Assembly: GCA_051294905.1 (NCBI GenBank)
Contig: CM119373.1
Span: 5,892,001 to 5,952,000, forward strand
Direction of reading: 5' to 3'
Origin: Botryllus schlosseri
Lineage: Eukaryota
DNA length: 60,000 nucleotides
Each line of letters starts with the position of its first letter. Position 1 is the first letter of the stretch. Positions 26,825 to 39,265 of this stretch are shown one piece after another. The position numbers were made by a program, and so were the translations under genes. The notes under the pieces are model-generated. The model did no database searches. It was not told the DNA's origin and saw only the letters and a program-made list of their open reading frames with translations.

Positions 26825-27819
26825 TAGGGATGGTGTGAACGTGAGGTTCACGTTCGCGTTCTGTGTGTGAACCTCGAAAATTTAGAGGTTCGCGTTCACA
26901 ACAGAACCTTGGTAGGTTCTGCACTGTGAACCTTTTGGTAAGTTGTAATTTTCACTCCATTATAAGATCTTTTGCTCAAATTTATTGCATTTCAACAGCG
27001 GGCCACTCCGTGCATGGTGCTGGCAGCATAAAAAATCAACGCTTAACGAGCATGCACCATGCACTTCGACAACCTTAAAAGTTTTAGTTGCTTTGTTGTA
27101 AAATTTTTCTCGGAATAACCAGCTTTCCGTTTGTGAATATTTAGTGACTCTCTGCTGTGAGCTTGACCCGCAATCACACAACATTACGAGCGATATACGT
27201 AGTCAGCGAATGATGCTTATTCAACCAATCAATGACATTAATACCGTCTTCTGATATAAAAATTCGAACGGGCGTACGGGGTCAATCTTGACTTCATATC
27301 TTTACTGTATCATTAAAACCAAATCCGTGCGATTAAGGTGCTGGCTACTGCTGCATAACTTGTTGTTGCTTGTGGTATCGGTAGCGAGTATGGAAACCCG
27401 TACACTCTGCTCAATATCAATGTAGCAATACTCAGACTCCGAACACATTGTCCGGTCTGGCTAAGACCATTAAGGCGTAAGCTTATATTCCTCGGTAAGT
27501 CCTCGTCGAAATTGTTGGCAAAGCGACGGAATGTATTGATTTTACGCAATTATTATATCTTTTGATCACCGCTGTTGATACATTTAGCGACGTTTAAAAC
27601 GCCGATATGTACTTCAGCATTGTGGCATTATGTGGACCGAGTCTTCGCGAGGTATCGTGTACATTAATATAGGCTATCACTTTATTGGAAGATATGGTTG
27701 GAATTAGCAATATGACGTCACGTGACGTCACGAGGTTCACGTTCGTGTTCACACAGAACCTTTCAAAAAGGTTCGCGTTCACACGAACCTGAACCTTTCA
27801 GAGGTTCACACCATCCCTA
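26825..27819. mobile_element. hAT-type MITE with GTGAAC/GTTCAC arrays
   Basis: 16-bp TIR TAGGGATGGTGTGAAC; perfect TSD gtaactcg. Confidence 0.92.
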
Positions 27820-27939
27820 GTAACTCGTTAATTTTTGGCGTGACAAATACAGATAAGTACGGCCACGTCGTTATACTCTCGTATCTATGAAATGGGCCTA
27901 CTTATATATGTGTTGTTCTGAAATTACACTACGGCTGGA

Positions 27940-28457
27940 TTTTCCAGATTAGCAAGACACGTAATGGGCTGCTAGATTACGATATGATTGGTAATTGCTA
28001 GATTGCGAAATGGTAGTTTCAAACGTTATGGTGGGCCATATTTACAGTGATGAAATATTTGATGTGGGTGACAATGCGGTGTGAGCGGAACCAAGCAATC
28101 CCGTACCTAAATAATATTCACTGATACTTTCCTGAAAGCATATTTGTCACTCCATAACTACTGTGCGCGAAGCGCAAACAAATTTCTGGGCTTTACTTGA
28201 CTTTTATGAATATGAAATGTTGGTACTCCGTGAAAACAGCCCCGAAATTCCTAAGGCTATCTTTCGTATTGGGGGATTAAACTACTTCTACTTGACTAAC
28301 TTAAAATATCGAAAAGTAAGTAAGTAGATCACAAAATATTACGAAGTAGAAAGAGAAGTAGAGAAAATCAGGTCTACTTGAGTAAGTACCAGAAGTAGAG
28401 GAAAACTACTTGAGTACTTCCAAAAAGTAGAAGTACTTCGTTAGTGACCACCTCTGC
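27940..28457. mobile_element. 3' half of the AGTAG-motif MITE
   Basis: Homologous to ~57340-57889; ends in TGACCACCTCTG. Confidence 0.75.
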
Positions 28458-29555
28458 TGTATATACATACACGACAGGTAGCCGCGTGCTACGCCAAGGT
28501 CATGCGCGCAAGGTCCGCCGAAAGATACGCACAATGCACAGCCAAGAATACAAGCAACCTTCAGGATTCAAATTACATAGGAATAACGTACAGACATTAG
28601 CTATGCGACAGGTAGGTGACGTAGTGGTCACATCCACCACCAACTACGCAGGGCAACCGGGTTAAATTCCGTAGCCGAAGGCGTTGGACGGCAGTGACGT
28701 GCGGCCACGAGAGGCAAGTGAAGCGGTGCCTCAACTGTCGCCAGGATGAGTAAAGGAAAATTGTGAAACCTTCAAGGATTATTGATATTTGCCGTCGATG
28801 TTCATGAATAACTGAATTTGAATATTTTTTCATCCAACATCAACAATTTTCATATTTATCATTCAGAAATACAGCGCGAAAGGAGATTTGAGGCACGAGA
28901 GGATCGTGCCTCATCTGCGGCAACGCACTTCATCATAAACAGCTTAGAATTCGTAATAACCGGTATCAATCAAATGCTATTGTCACACAGATTCCTAAAA
29001 CCCGAGTATTAACAATCGTAGAGCACTGAATCTCCTTCCAAATCACCAAAGAATTTGAAATTCGGCATTATTGCGTACAATGGAAGCGCAGAGAAACGAT
29101 AGCCAGGTGAGTCACAATCGAATCAGGCGCGAACACTATTCACTAACAATCGTACAATCACAGCGGAGCGCGCTATCGATTTCAGAAAGCGGCAGTATAA
29201 TGATGTATGAATTGTATATAGCGACGGCCAATACGTAATGCGGAGAAAATACATTCCCTTGCTGATGTAGCTGTTATGTGTTTTTCATCCATACCAACCT
29301 TTAATTGTGGTATTTGATAGCCATAGTAGTTTCTTACATAGCCTGCATTGTCGTTGTTTGTGACCTGTACGGTGTTTTTGACTACAATAGTCATCTATAC
29401 CAGGTCGATATTCCATATTAGGATTCCATATCTAACGACTTCTAGCACGGACAACTTCTAGGCTTTGTAGCTTATCTTCATTAAAAACCATATAAAAATT
29501 CCCTAAGTTCGACTAAAATAACGACCTCGTAGCTACCCCATCGTTCTGCCTAGAG

Positions 29556-30217
29556 CAGTGGTTGCCAACTGGGGAGGGGGAATTCCCCCCTTAGGGGGGA
29601 TTCTGGCTTTAGCGTCACAAGGTTTTTAGATTTTTATGGTAGAACTGTAAAGTATGGAACTAGTTCTTAGGTATTAAACTAGTTCTTTAAAAATTGTATG
29701 TTTTTTGGCAGATTTTGAACTAGGTGTATGTTTAAATGCCTTCCGTAGATATTAAACCCACTGATAAAGTGAGGCTCGCGAGACGATTTCGTTGGGCCCG
29801 TGACAGCCTCTCGACCATATTGCTACTAAACAGGAAAAAGTCAAGCCGAATTCACCACAAGTCCGCTGGTGAAAATGTTTGCCTTTTTAAGCCAACGAGC
29901 TAATGTGAAAAACATACCAAATTCCCCGATTCAACTCAAGGCCATAGCAAGCGGACTTGGTGATTTATTTTTCGTCAGCGCCTACCCGACCGATAAAAAC
30001 AGGTCAGATTTAGCTGTACTTTACCAAAGTGTAGTGTGGTCCGCATTCGACATAGTTTGTACGTATCTGAATATGTTTGGCCATATATTGCTCGGTCAAC
30101 AAATGGTTGTGCGTTAAAAAGCACCTTTTATAGTCACAGGGAACCTTTTCATATCGGTAATTTTAGCTGAAATATCGGTCAAGGGGTCCATGAGACGAAC
30201 AAGGTTGTGAACCACTG
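29556..30217. mobile_element. hAT (Charlie-like) MITE
   Basis: CAGTGGTT...AACCACTG termini; TSD gcctagag/gcctagtt. Confidence 0.75.
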
Positions 30218-31103
30218 GCCTAGTTCATAGACATTATTTTGTAGAAGTTCATTGTGACACCACGGTGTATCATCCAGATGCCACCACTGATCATCCCCTC
30301 ATTTTAAAAAACTTGGTACCGAGTTTCCATCGCCCTAATGTACTCGCGCAATCGTTCGTATTGTTCGGCACTAACTGCACCATTTGCAAGTATTACACTA
30401 AGTAGCTTCCTCAAAGAGTTCGATGCTTTCAAAAGGTTCCGTCAGGCGAACACAATGTGCTATATGAATTGACGGACGATATATTTTGCCGTGCAGCAAT
30501 ACATCTTTTTAACTTCTCTTTGAATAGTCTATGAAAATTCACCACGCTAAAATAAATCACCACTATTGAGACGTTAGTGAAGGTGTCCATCTAATTTGAA
30601 TGCGCCGTTAAGGCCCAAGCTTCGTATTTGATTTGAATTGTCATGGACATCTTCCCCAATCCCGTTTATTTTTTATTTTATCTTGAGAAAAGCTGCTCTC
30701 ACTTTTCGTAGGAAAGAGATAAATCTTTCACTGCTCGTTGAAACGTTATTGAGTAAATAGAATTACTTAAGAACTTTCTTCTAGTTTGTATCCTGACTCG
30801 GCAGAATCAGTGCTGTATCTTGAACTTCCTTCAGCACCACTGTATCCAATACCACTGTAAACAGATACAAAACCATCATGAGGCGGAAGCGGAACGTACA
30901 ATAAAGCATTGTTTTGGTACATGCCTCCTCGCTCAGTCTAAGTTAGGATATAAAATTGTCCTTTTTGAAGAATACCCTTGCACATTGATGTGGCAGACAT
31001 AGCAATCCTGAATGTGGTCAATGGGTCTTCGCCATATCGTGGGAACAGCAAAAGACATCGACGATGTTCGTTTGGGTAGCCAATTGTGTTGACCAGTTGA
31101 ACA

Positions 31104-33837
31104 ACGTGTGCTGCGTTTGAAAAATAATTTTCAAAGATCAAACATGTTTTAACTGTTTTTGTATCGATTTTTTGCGCTGAACTAAAAATTCCAACCAGTT
31201 TTTTCCAATCAGGTCAAGTTTTCCTTCGTGACATATTCAATTATTCTAGCTTTTGGTCATCATTGTACACAAATAAACTAATTTTTGTTGTAGCCTAATT
31301 GGTTATACATGTTGTCAATTTTTGCAATATGGTATTTATATTTGTTTAAATAAAGCAATTACAACTAACCAAGAAATCAGAATTTTGTTCAATGGCACTC
31401 AACCTAACAGAAGAAGGTAGAAGTCATTAATATGTTGCACTACAGATACGGAAACAATACAAGATACAAATTAATTATGCTGACAATAAATTTCGCTTCA
31501 AAGACTCTCTTCAATGTTTGGAGTTATGTGCGGATCTCTCCTTAAGTACCAAAGACAATCTGCAAACATGTTTACGTCCGTGTGTCCTTGAAACATTTCT
31601 TCGATCTGGCAAAGGTCTTGGTGGAATCTCTCTCCTTGTTCTTCGCTGTAATCACCACAGTTGACTGGAAAGTAATCCTAATGAGAACAGAGCAAGTACA
31701 TTTTCACAGACATCCGGGCTCTAAGGGATTGAAAGATTGCAAGCTTCTCTTTGACCTGTTCTTCGTACTCAGCGCTTCTAAGCTTTCCAGGAAATTTTAA
31801 ATTACTACTCGAAAAGCGGTCCGCGGTCTTTTTCTACTGCACCCATGTGTGCAGTGAAACCTTCGACTTTGATCAGTTCACAGATCTGTGGCTTATCAAA
31901 GACTCCTCTGATCATAGCTGCACTTCAGAAATACGGGAAAGTCTGATTTGTAATAACTTGAAGGCTGGGCCATCTTTATCAAGTGCCCAGGTATAGTATT
32001 TTTATGAGACCAAGTTTAATGTGGAGAGGTGGCAAAAGAATAGTTTGTGGATCAACTAAGCAAGGATATTTGACATTTTCAAAAGCAGATGTAAAACCTG
32101 TTCTGTGTGGCCAGCAAGTTTCTGAGCAGTGGTGATCATCAGCCCTCGAGTTCCACGGACACAAAAAATGGAGGCTTAGTGTAACCGGACTGTGACCCTG
32201 TGAAGAATTATCGAAATCATTTTCAAGTCACCAAATATTTTCCATTTGTGTTGGCTATACTGAAGAGGTTTCGAAAGGAATTCCATGTATTCATAGCATA
32301 CAGTGAGCTTCACTGAATGTCCAATTGTCCAGCAGAAACAGAACCATTATGTCATTATGTAGTAATACTTCCTTCAAACTCTTAAGAGGTGAGTCCAAAA
32401 ACAATCGTCGTTCTGTCGATCTGTTGACTATGCCCAACGCGGATATTACTCCTGAAACATCTTTACAGTATACTATGGGGCAGTGGTCGGGAACCTATGA
32501 CTCGCGCGCCATATATGGCTCTTTTGGGTATAAGATATGGCTCTTTGACAATTGTCTTTATTTTGTCAACTTAATTTATCAATATTGCGGAAACTTGTTA
32601 GTAAATGTTCGTGATGACCCGAATAATTATTCTCGTGACAGCATAAACATGTCTCTGAGAGGTCAAGACAGTGGGGTAACCAGAGTTAGGGTACGTACCC
32701 CCCTTTTTAAAATATCTAAATTTAAGTTGCTGTCGCGCCGGAATTCGAACAACCCGCCATCGCGCGCCTCGAAATCTTGGATTGCACGATACCTTGACAT
32801 GGCGACGTTTGCAGGACAATGCACTTTTCAAATACACATTGCCTTCCTGATCTACGCCGATAAATAAACTTCCTTGGAAGTGACAGTAGCAATTATACAA
32901 ATTAAAATTAAAAACAACACCATAGCTATCCAAGTTCTTGATTGGGAACGTAAGCAGCTTTCTAGAACTGCCGTAAATGTAGGTGTGTACCGTTATATTA
33001 CCCCGAATACTTTAGAAGTCGATAAATATTTAACTTCTCAGAATCAGCGCGACAGTTTCATTTGTATATTATCAGTGAAGATAAATTCTAAGGTATATAC
33101 GATGAGTTGCGCTATCATAGGTGAGTCTTGACCCGTCTGTGCCTTAACTCTCCTTTCGCGCTTTATTTTCGAACAATGATTATGAAAATTTTGTGAGTTT
33201 GGGAATATAAATGTTTAAAATCTAATCATTCACAAACATCGATAAAAAATACCAATTATCTTTAGGGTTTCACAATTTTCCATCACTCATCACTGCCGAC
33301 ATGTGCGGCACTGCCTCACCGGCCTCCCCCAAGTCCACGTCACTGACGTATCACACCGTGCAATGGGTAGGTATTGCTGTAGTGACCATGTTTGGCACGC
33401 CCTACGCATGTGGGCAGAAAAATATGGCCCACATTACGAATCCCATGTATTAGTGCTACCAATACGTCACGAATTTTCAATTGTGACGTAATAGTTGATT
33501 GACATGTATAGCTTTCTGCGAGTTACAATTGAAAATATTGGGTCGATATGGCTCTTGGGTCAAAAAAGGTTCCCGACCCCTGCTATAGGGAATGGTCTTC
33601 GTCATAATTAAAATACTTTCTACACTTTTAATCAAAACTTCATTGCGAAATCATTTTATGACGTCACAAATCTTAATCACATAACGCTGAAATCTGCAGT
33701 TTTCGAAAATTCAAATGGAATTTGCCAAAAAACTAGAGCTGATTGAAGAAAACTGATAACAGTTTTGGATTCAGCATCAAAAGTCCACTAAGAACCGTCG
33801 ATATAGTTTACTAACCTCACAATAACGCAGCACAGTG
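31104..33837 (-). mobile_element. Fossil DNA transposon with decayed transposase (CMC/Chapaev3-like by recalled motifs)
   Basis: Minus-strand remnants ~31540-32430: SGYTK, LVDPQTILLPPLHIKLGLIK, GERFHQDL...FQG...MFADCLW; inverted ends tgtgctgcgtt...aacgcagcacagtg. Confidence 0.7.
32481..33582. mobile_element. hAT (Charlie-like) MITE nested in the fossil transposon
   Basis: CAGTGGTCGGGAACC...GGTTCCCGACCCCTG; TSD ctatgggg/ctataggg. Confidence 0.85.
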
Positions 33838-34168
33838 TTATTGATTATATTGATTGAATGCCCTTAACATTTGTAATATGTCGACTTCAACCCTCTTTAC
33901 CTCATATCTCGCGGCACCACGTGAGCAGTCAAATCGCGGCATCCTAGATGAGAACCACTGGTATAGTTTTTCATGATGCATTTTCAATCATAAAAAGAAT
34001 AGATTAAATTCCATAGCAATCGCGTAAATCTATTGTTTAATTCAACCAAAAAATACTTAGAAACACAAAAATGGAAAACAGTGTTTTAACATATCGCGTT
34101 ACAGGAAACGGTATTACGATCCCCTAGCTTGACAAGAATTCAACGAAATTAAACATCGTCTCGTTATC

Positions 34169-34907
34169 TCAAGTAGACTCGTCATCGTCGTCGCCGAAGT
34201 TAATCGGAATGGCTCCGAGTTTATCGTCGAAACGAGATCTGCTGTTTCGTAGAACGAAATGCTTGATTGCCACTTCCTCCGATCGGTCGGGTGAGAATAT
34301 ATCTTTGCTGAATCTTGCCTCTTTTCTCTGCAAAGGTGACAAAGTGACCGAATTAGCGTCACCACATTTTGTGCAACAAATAGGTCATACTATAACAAAT
34401 CATATTGGTCATGTAACTATAAAGCATGTGGCTGTGATAGCCGATTGAGATGCTGTAATCGTACCAAGGATATCTAGATCTAGATAACCATGGATCGTAC
34501 AAATGAGCCGAGAAACCGAAGTAGGGATAACTTTCATGCATAAATACAGCTGAAATGACGTACCTGTTTGATTCTTTTTCTCATGGCCCCGCGGTACGGG
34601 TCGCGAGTTTTGGACCGTAATGTTCTGGTCTTGGTCTTCGTTGTGTTTTCCGACTCTTCGAACGGACACCAATGGTGCAGAAACTCAGCAAGAGCGCGCT
34701 CTGTGTCGCCGTTATCAAATCGCATGGTTTGACTGAAATAAAACAGCACTTATGAAACACAGCGCTAGACACTTTAATATTGGTGCTATAGACGGAATAT
34801 TAAAGACGGAAATCAGGATTCCTATTACAAAGAATGAAAATAAATTCTCACGTTTCCAAAACGTCCGCCTGGATGACTTGCTTTTCCTTCTGTGCGTCCA
34901 TATTCAT
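34169..34907 (-). CDS. Orphan gene family, copy 3 (intact, 127 aa hypothetical protein)
   Basis: Exons 34852-34907 (acceptor at 34928), 34564-34732, 34169-34327, all GT-AG and phase-compatible; MNMDAQKEKQVIQADVLETQTMRFDNGDTERALAEFLHHWCPFEESENTTKTKTRTLRSKTRDPYRGAMRKRIKQRKEARFSKDIFSPDRSEEVAIKHFVLRNSRSRFDDKLGAIPINFGDDDDEST*; start codon is inferred. Confidence 0.75.
34465..34492. mobile_element. 28-bp TIR-only micro-element
   Basis: CAAGGATATCTAGA|TCTAGATAACCATG between aatcgtac and gatcgtac; paralogous intron of copy 2 has a single gatcgtac. Confidence 0.8.
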
Positions 34908-36076
34908 ATTTTTATTTCGGGCAGACGACTATTCCAGGCTTAACTTATCAAACTGAAAAAGTAAACAGTTAAATCTTCGATCTTGCAATAGTTGATTGCA
35001 ATAATGGTGTCCGAATGTAGGAGCCGTAAGCTTTATTATCGTGGACATATGCTCTCCACAGCCTATATCTACACACATATCTAACAATTCCTAATACTCT
35101 ATCTCTCTTCACGAAGTGTAGCCAAAGACTGTCAACAAGCTTTGTGAGTGATCACATTATGTGGGCGGTTTATATATTGTAGTATGTAGACAGGTAGTTT
35201 GTCGTAGATTACCGAAATGCATGGCTTTGATAAAGTTGACTTTCGAAAAAATAGACATCCTGCCGATTTAAGTCGGGATGCGGAACCATTCAGATGATTT
35301 GATAGTAGGCCTATACCTTCGTCCTCAGTGATGTATAACACATCATAGGGAGAGCGCTGGATGATACCGGGGCGGCAAAGATAAGAGAAAAGCGCCATCG
35401 CTTGATATTTGTTATCATACAGGAGCAACCAATTTATGTTGGCGGAAGCGGTTCTATTTGAAGTCGTTTACGTGCTGATTTTATTCATTTGCCTGATTTA
35501 TCAAATGCAGTTGATATCTGACAACACACGAGTTCTGAATAATAGTTCGGCTGTTCTTCAAACAAACATGCAGTCATTGATGTTTTTAATGTTGCATTTG
35601 AACGGAATGAAATTTCTCTCTCATCAAATCTCTCTGTGATCACATCAAAAAGCTGCGCAGCACTTCAATGGGGACCTTTTATATTATGTTCCGAGATTCA
35701 TTCATTGCAGTTACTTCAGTCTGTTTTATTATATAGAAGAACGCTTGCACGGATTCTTTAGAATTATGCGGCGAGGTGAACTCAAAAAAGTGGTATCGTT
35801 TTGTAAATGCAAATAAACGGCCGTATGGTGGCCTGTGGATTCTATGCAATATACGGTGAATATGTTCTTTCTACCTGACAAAAAATCGATCGCTCTGTCT
35901 TTGTTACCCGCTGCCACCCATCCATAATCAGGCACGGTCAGGTTTTGAAACCCAACTTACTCACTTTTTGCTCGCTCAAATTGTGTAACGCAGAGAAGCC
36001 TGCGCATTAACTTATTATGAACGTCCAAACCTGTTGAGCGTAATTTATGCTTTCTAATCAATTATAGCCTGTGGTG

Positions 36077-38151
36077 CAGGGTTGTAACCAAGTCACATGG
36101 CTCCGAGTCACGAGTCAATCTTACTTTTGTAGTTTTGACTCGAGTCAAGTCGAGTCATTTTAGTTCATCACCGAGTCGAGTCCGAGTCCAAGTCACCGTT
36201 TACCGGGTCAAGTCCGAGTCATAGTGTTATGACTCGAGTCCGAGTCCAAGTCACAGTATTGAAGTCATGTTCAACTCATGTTCTCAATCCTGCTTGGGTG
36301 ATATCGAATTCCGATGCTACAGATAGACGAGACAGGCCGCCAATATGATAACTCTACTAATCTTAAAACTTAAAATCAATTATCTGTTTTGTCAGTCTGA
36401 TATACATCACAAATACAAGCATTCAGTTTTCATTTCGAGCACATCGACGACAGCTCACAAATAGGTGATAGAGAACCAACGAATTCACGTCTTCATGCTA
36501 TCTGATAGAGAACCAACGAATTCACGTCTGGATATCAGCTAATAGAGAATCAACAAATGCATGTTTATGTCTGGAGAGGTATTTGCACCAGACCAGCATG
36601 CTGTAAAAGCGTGCATGCAGCTATGTGCACTGTGCAGTGACAAAATAACAGATACCTTTTGATATTACTAAAGTTTTCCCAATTGCATTACAGACTACAT
36701 CGCAGTTACAGCATTGGAGAAATAATTGTACTACGGGGCTGTTCAAAATCATTTTTTCAAATTTTCCAACTACTTCTTAAAATTATACATAGTAATTATA
36801 CATAGTAAAGTCATGCTCATGTCATATCGATAAGATTATTTATCAGCCTGTGCCTGTGCGCAATGCATCACTGAGCTACATAAACACCGCGTACCTGGTG
36901 GTTTCCAACCGTTTATGGTCGCGACTCCATTTCCAATATGAAAATGTTCCGTGGCCATGCTCAAAATTTGATAGGCTGATTACTAATTAAAGGTCGGCGC
37001 ATTCGCCCAGACTTATCCACGGCCTATTTGGAAACTGATTTGATTGCATTCAACATCTTCGCGAACCCCAAAATAAAGGCAAACTACCCCCAGGTTTAGA
37101 ACCTCTATCTTTGTAAGCGTCGAAACGGCGTAAACCGACTCTATACGAATATACCGTTATCTTGTAATTGTAATTGCGATTACAATTATACTTATTTCTG
37201 TAAATAAATGTTATTTTTATTTATCTTTGATCGCAGTTTTTGCGAGGGTGGTAGTCCCCATATTAAAGCCGACATATGTGATACTAAATCGCACGTAGCG
37301 CGAACAAAAATTTCACGTAGCATAAATATACCCAAATATAATATTGTTTATGTTGATTTAGGAAAAAATTATGAGCTTACTTCAAAGTTCCAGACATTTC
37401 GGCATATTTTCGAAATTCCTACCGGACGCAGTTTTAACAGTGGAATTCCGGACATGTCCGGGAAATTCCAGACGTCTGGCAACCCGACCTTAGAATAAAC
37501 CCACCTCTACAGAATACACGTTCCACTGGTGCACTAGATGCAGGAATGGACAAGCATTTTTGAACCACAATGAAGAGCATTGAATACTCATTCTTTCTAG
37601 TCGCCAAAAAAAGCAAATGATCATCGCCTTCAAATCTACACAAGACCTTATCAGTCTAGCTCTTCCAATGACCATCTGAGTCATTGCCTTGGCTATAATT
37701 GAACTTTGCTTCGATTGTTTTCTTGTATAATTGAAAAGTCTTGAGTACTTTGATTGCGGATGATCTATTACACCTTCATTACGGGATCATTTTGTGCAAT
37801 GTATTGCTAATATGTACCATTGTCTGTTGTTTTCACGGCTGCATATCTGATATCAGACGAGTGCATCGGAAGCAGTGGTGACAAATAGCGATGGCGGCAG
37901 AATTCGTCAGATGCGTTGATCTAGCCATTACTATTTGCAAATTTCTTCATCTTCAAGTCATATAAAATAAGCCGAGTCAATGACTTGGGTCGAGTCATGC
38001 GTAATAACTCGAGTCCAAGTCGAGTCAATCCAAATATTGACTCGAGTCGAGTCGAGTCATTTTCCCATTTCAAGAAAATGACTCGAGTCAAGTCGAGTCA
38101 CAAAAAAATCGTGACTCGAGTCGAGTCATGACTCGAGTCATTACAACCCTG
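36077..38151 (-). mobile_element. Internally deleted hAT transposon (GACTCGAGTC family) with hAT dimerisation-domain remnant
   Basis: TIR CAGGGTTGTAA; perfect TSD ctgtggtg; remnant CLSIPASSAPVERVF at ~37500-37560 (-). Confidence 0.92.
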
Positions 38152-39265
38152 CTGTGGTGCCATCCAAATAACAATGATCACTCATGGGCATGCGCAGCCG
38201 TAACTGCCAAACCCGAGCTGCCGAAAACTATTTTGTGAATCACCATAACCAGTGACTTTCCGGCGTATTGATCCAACCTCGAAATTTGTTTTCGCAACTC
38301 GCGTGATTTACTGATACCTGGATTTCTCTATAGTTACACCATCACAAAACGACGCCTAATTTATTATAGAAACGAGTCAAACCGTGTAGGCAATTTTAAG
38401 TTCTGTAGCAAATGACGTTCCTATCGCCTGTGGCATCAGACGGGGTGCTGCTTCGTGCAACCTACGAGTGCAGGACAACCCGGGCATTTTGGTGCCAGCC
38501 ATTTCACCCGAGTTCATATCGAATTCCGGCCAATTTGCGACCCAGCGAAGTCGTCAATCAAAATGGCGGTGACGATGAATGCTTGTACCAAAATGACAGC
38601 TACATGGCAAGGGCGGAATAGCCCTGCCCCCACAAATTGATGCGGCCAATTAGAAATGCCGAATTGTAATGGTGTTCGTCTCAAGAAAGAATTTTTTCAT
38701 TTTAATCTGGTGATTGTTAGTGATTATAAATTCAAAAAAGATAATCTAATAATAAGAGGATATACAGTCTCGATTCGTCACATTATTATTTAACGCCTAT
38801 TGTCAAATTGTGTAGATGTGCCACCTCACGCTGCAGCACAGGTACTGAATGTCCGTTTTTTTATACTCCTGCAAATGAATTACACCCCTTTCGTATCAAT
38901 TGCACACAGACAGTTTCTGCAAATCTTGATTAATTTCGCAATGTGCCATTAGTTCAAAATCAACATCCTATCTATAAAGTGTTTGCCAAGATATCGTAAC
39001 ACATTGATCGGCAACATTTTGCTCTGCGGACCAGTCTCAAAACAATATTATTTTGCATATTCGAAGAGCATCGATGTTCAACATTAAAACTGTATTGAAG
39101 CTCCAAACAACATGATAGTGGTTCATAAATTACGCGTCTCGATCTAAACATGGGCCAAAAATTTGCGGGTACATCAGAGCGATTGTTTAATGCAGCGTCG
39201 GCAACCTTTTTTGATCTGCGGACCGGTCTCAAAATACAAATTTCTTCGCGGACCTGCCTTTAAAT

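Noticed and set aside
24864..27819. Composite transposon carrying the NHL exon between two inverted MITEs
   Set aside because: The right MITE has its own perfect TSD, so it inserted independently; no TSD flanks the pair
32325..32867. 180-aa plus-strand ORF
   Set aside because: Spans the junction of an antisense transposase fossil and a nested MITE; no recognisable domain
35316..35428. Extra coding exon of the orphan gene (MALFSYLCRPGIIQRSPYDVLY...)
   Set aside because: Largely deleted in copy 1; the better-conserved frame is phase-incompatible with the next exon; left unresolved
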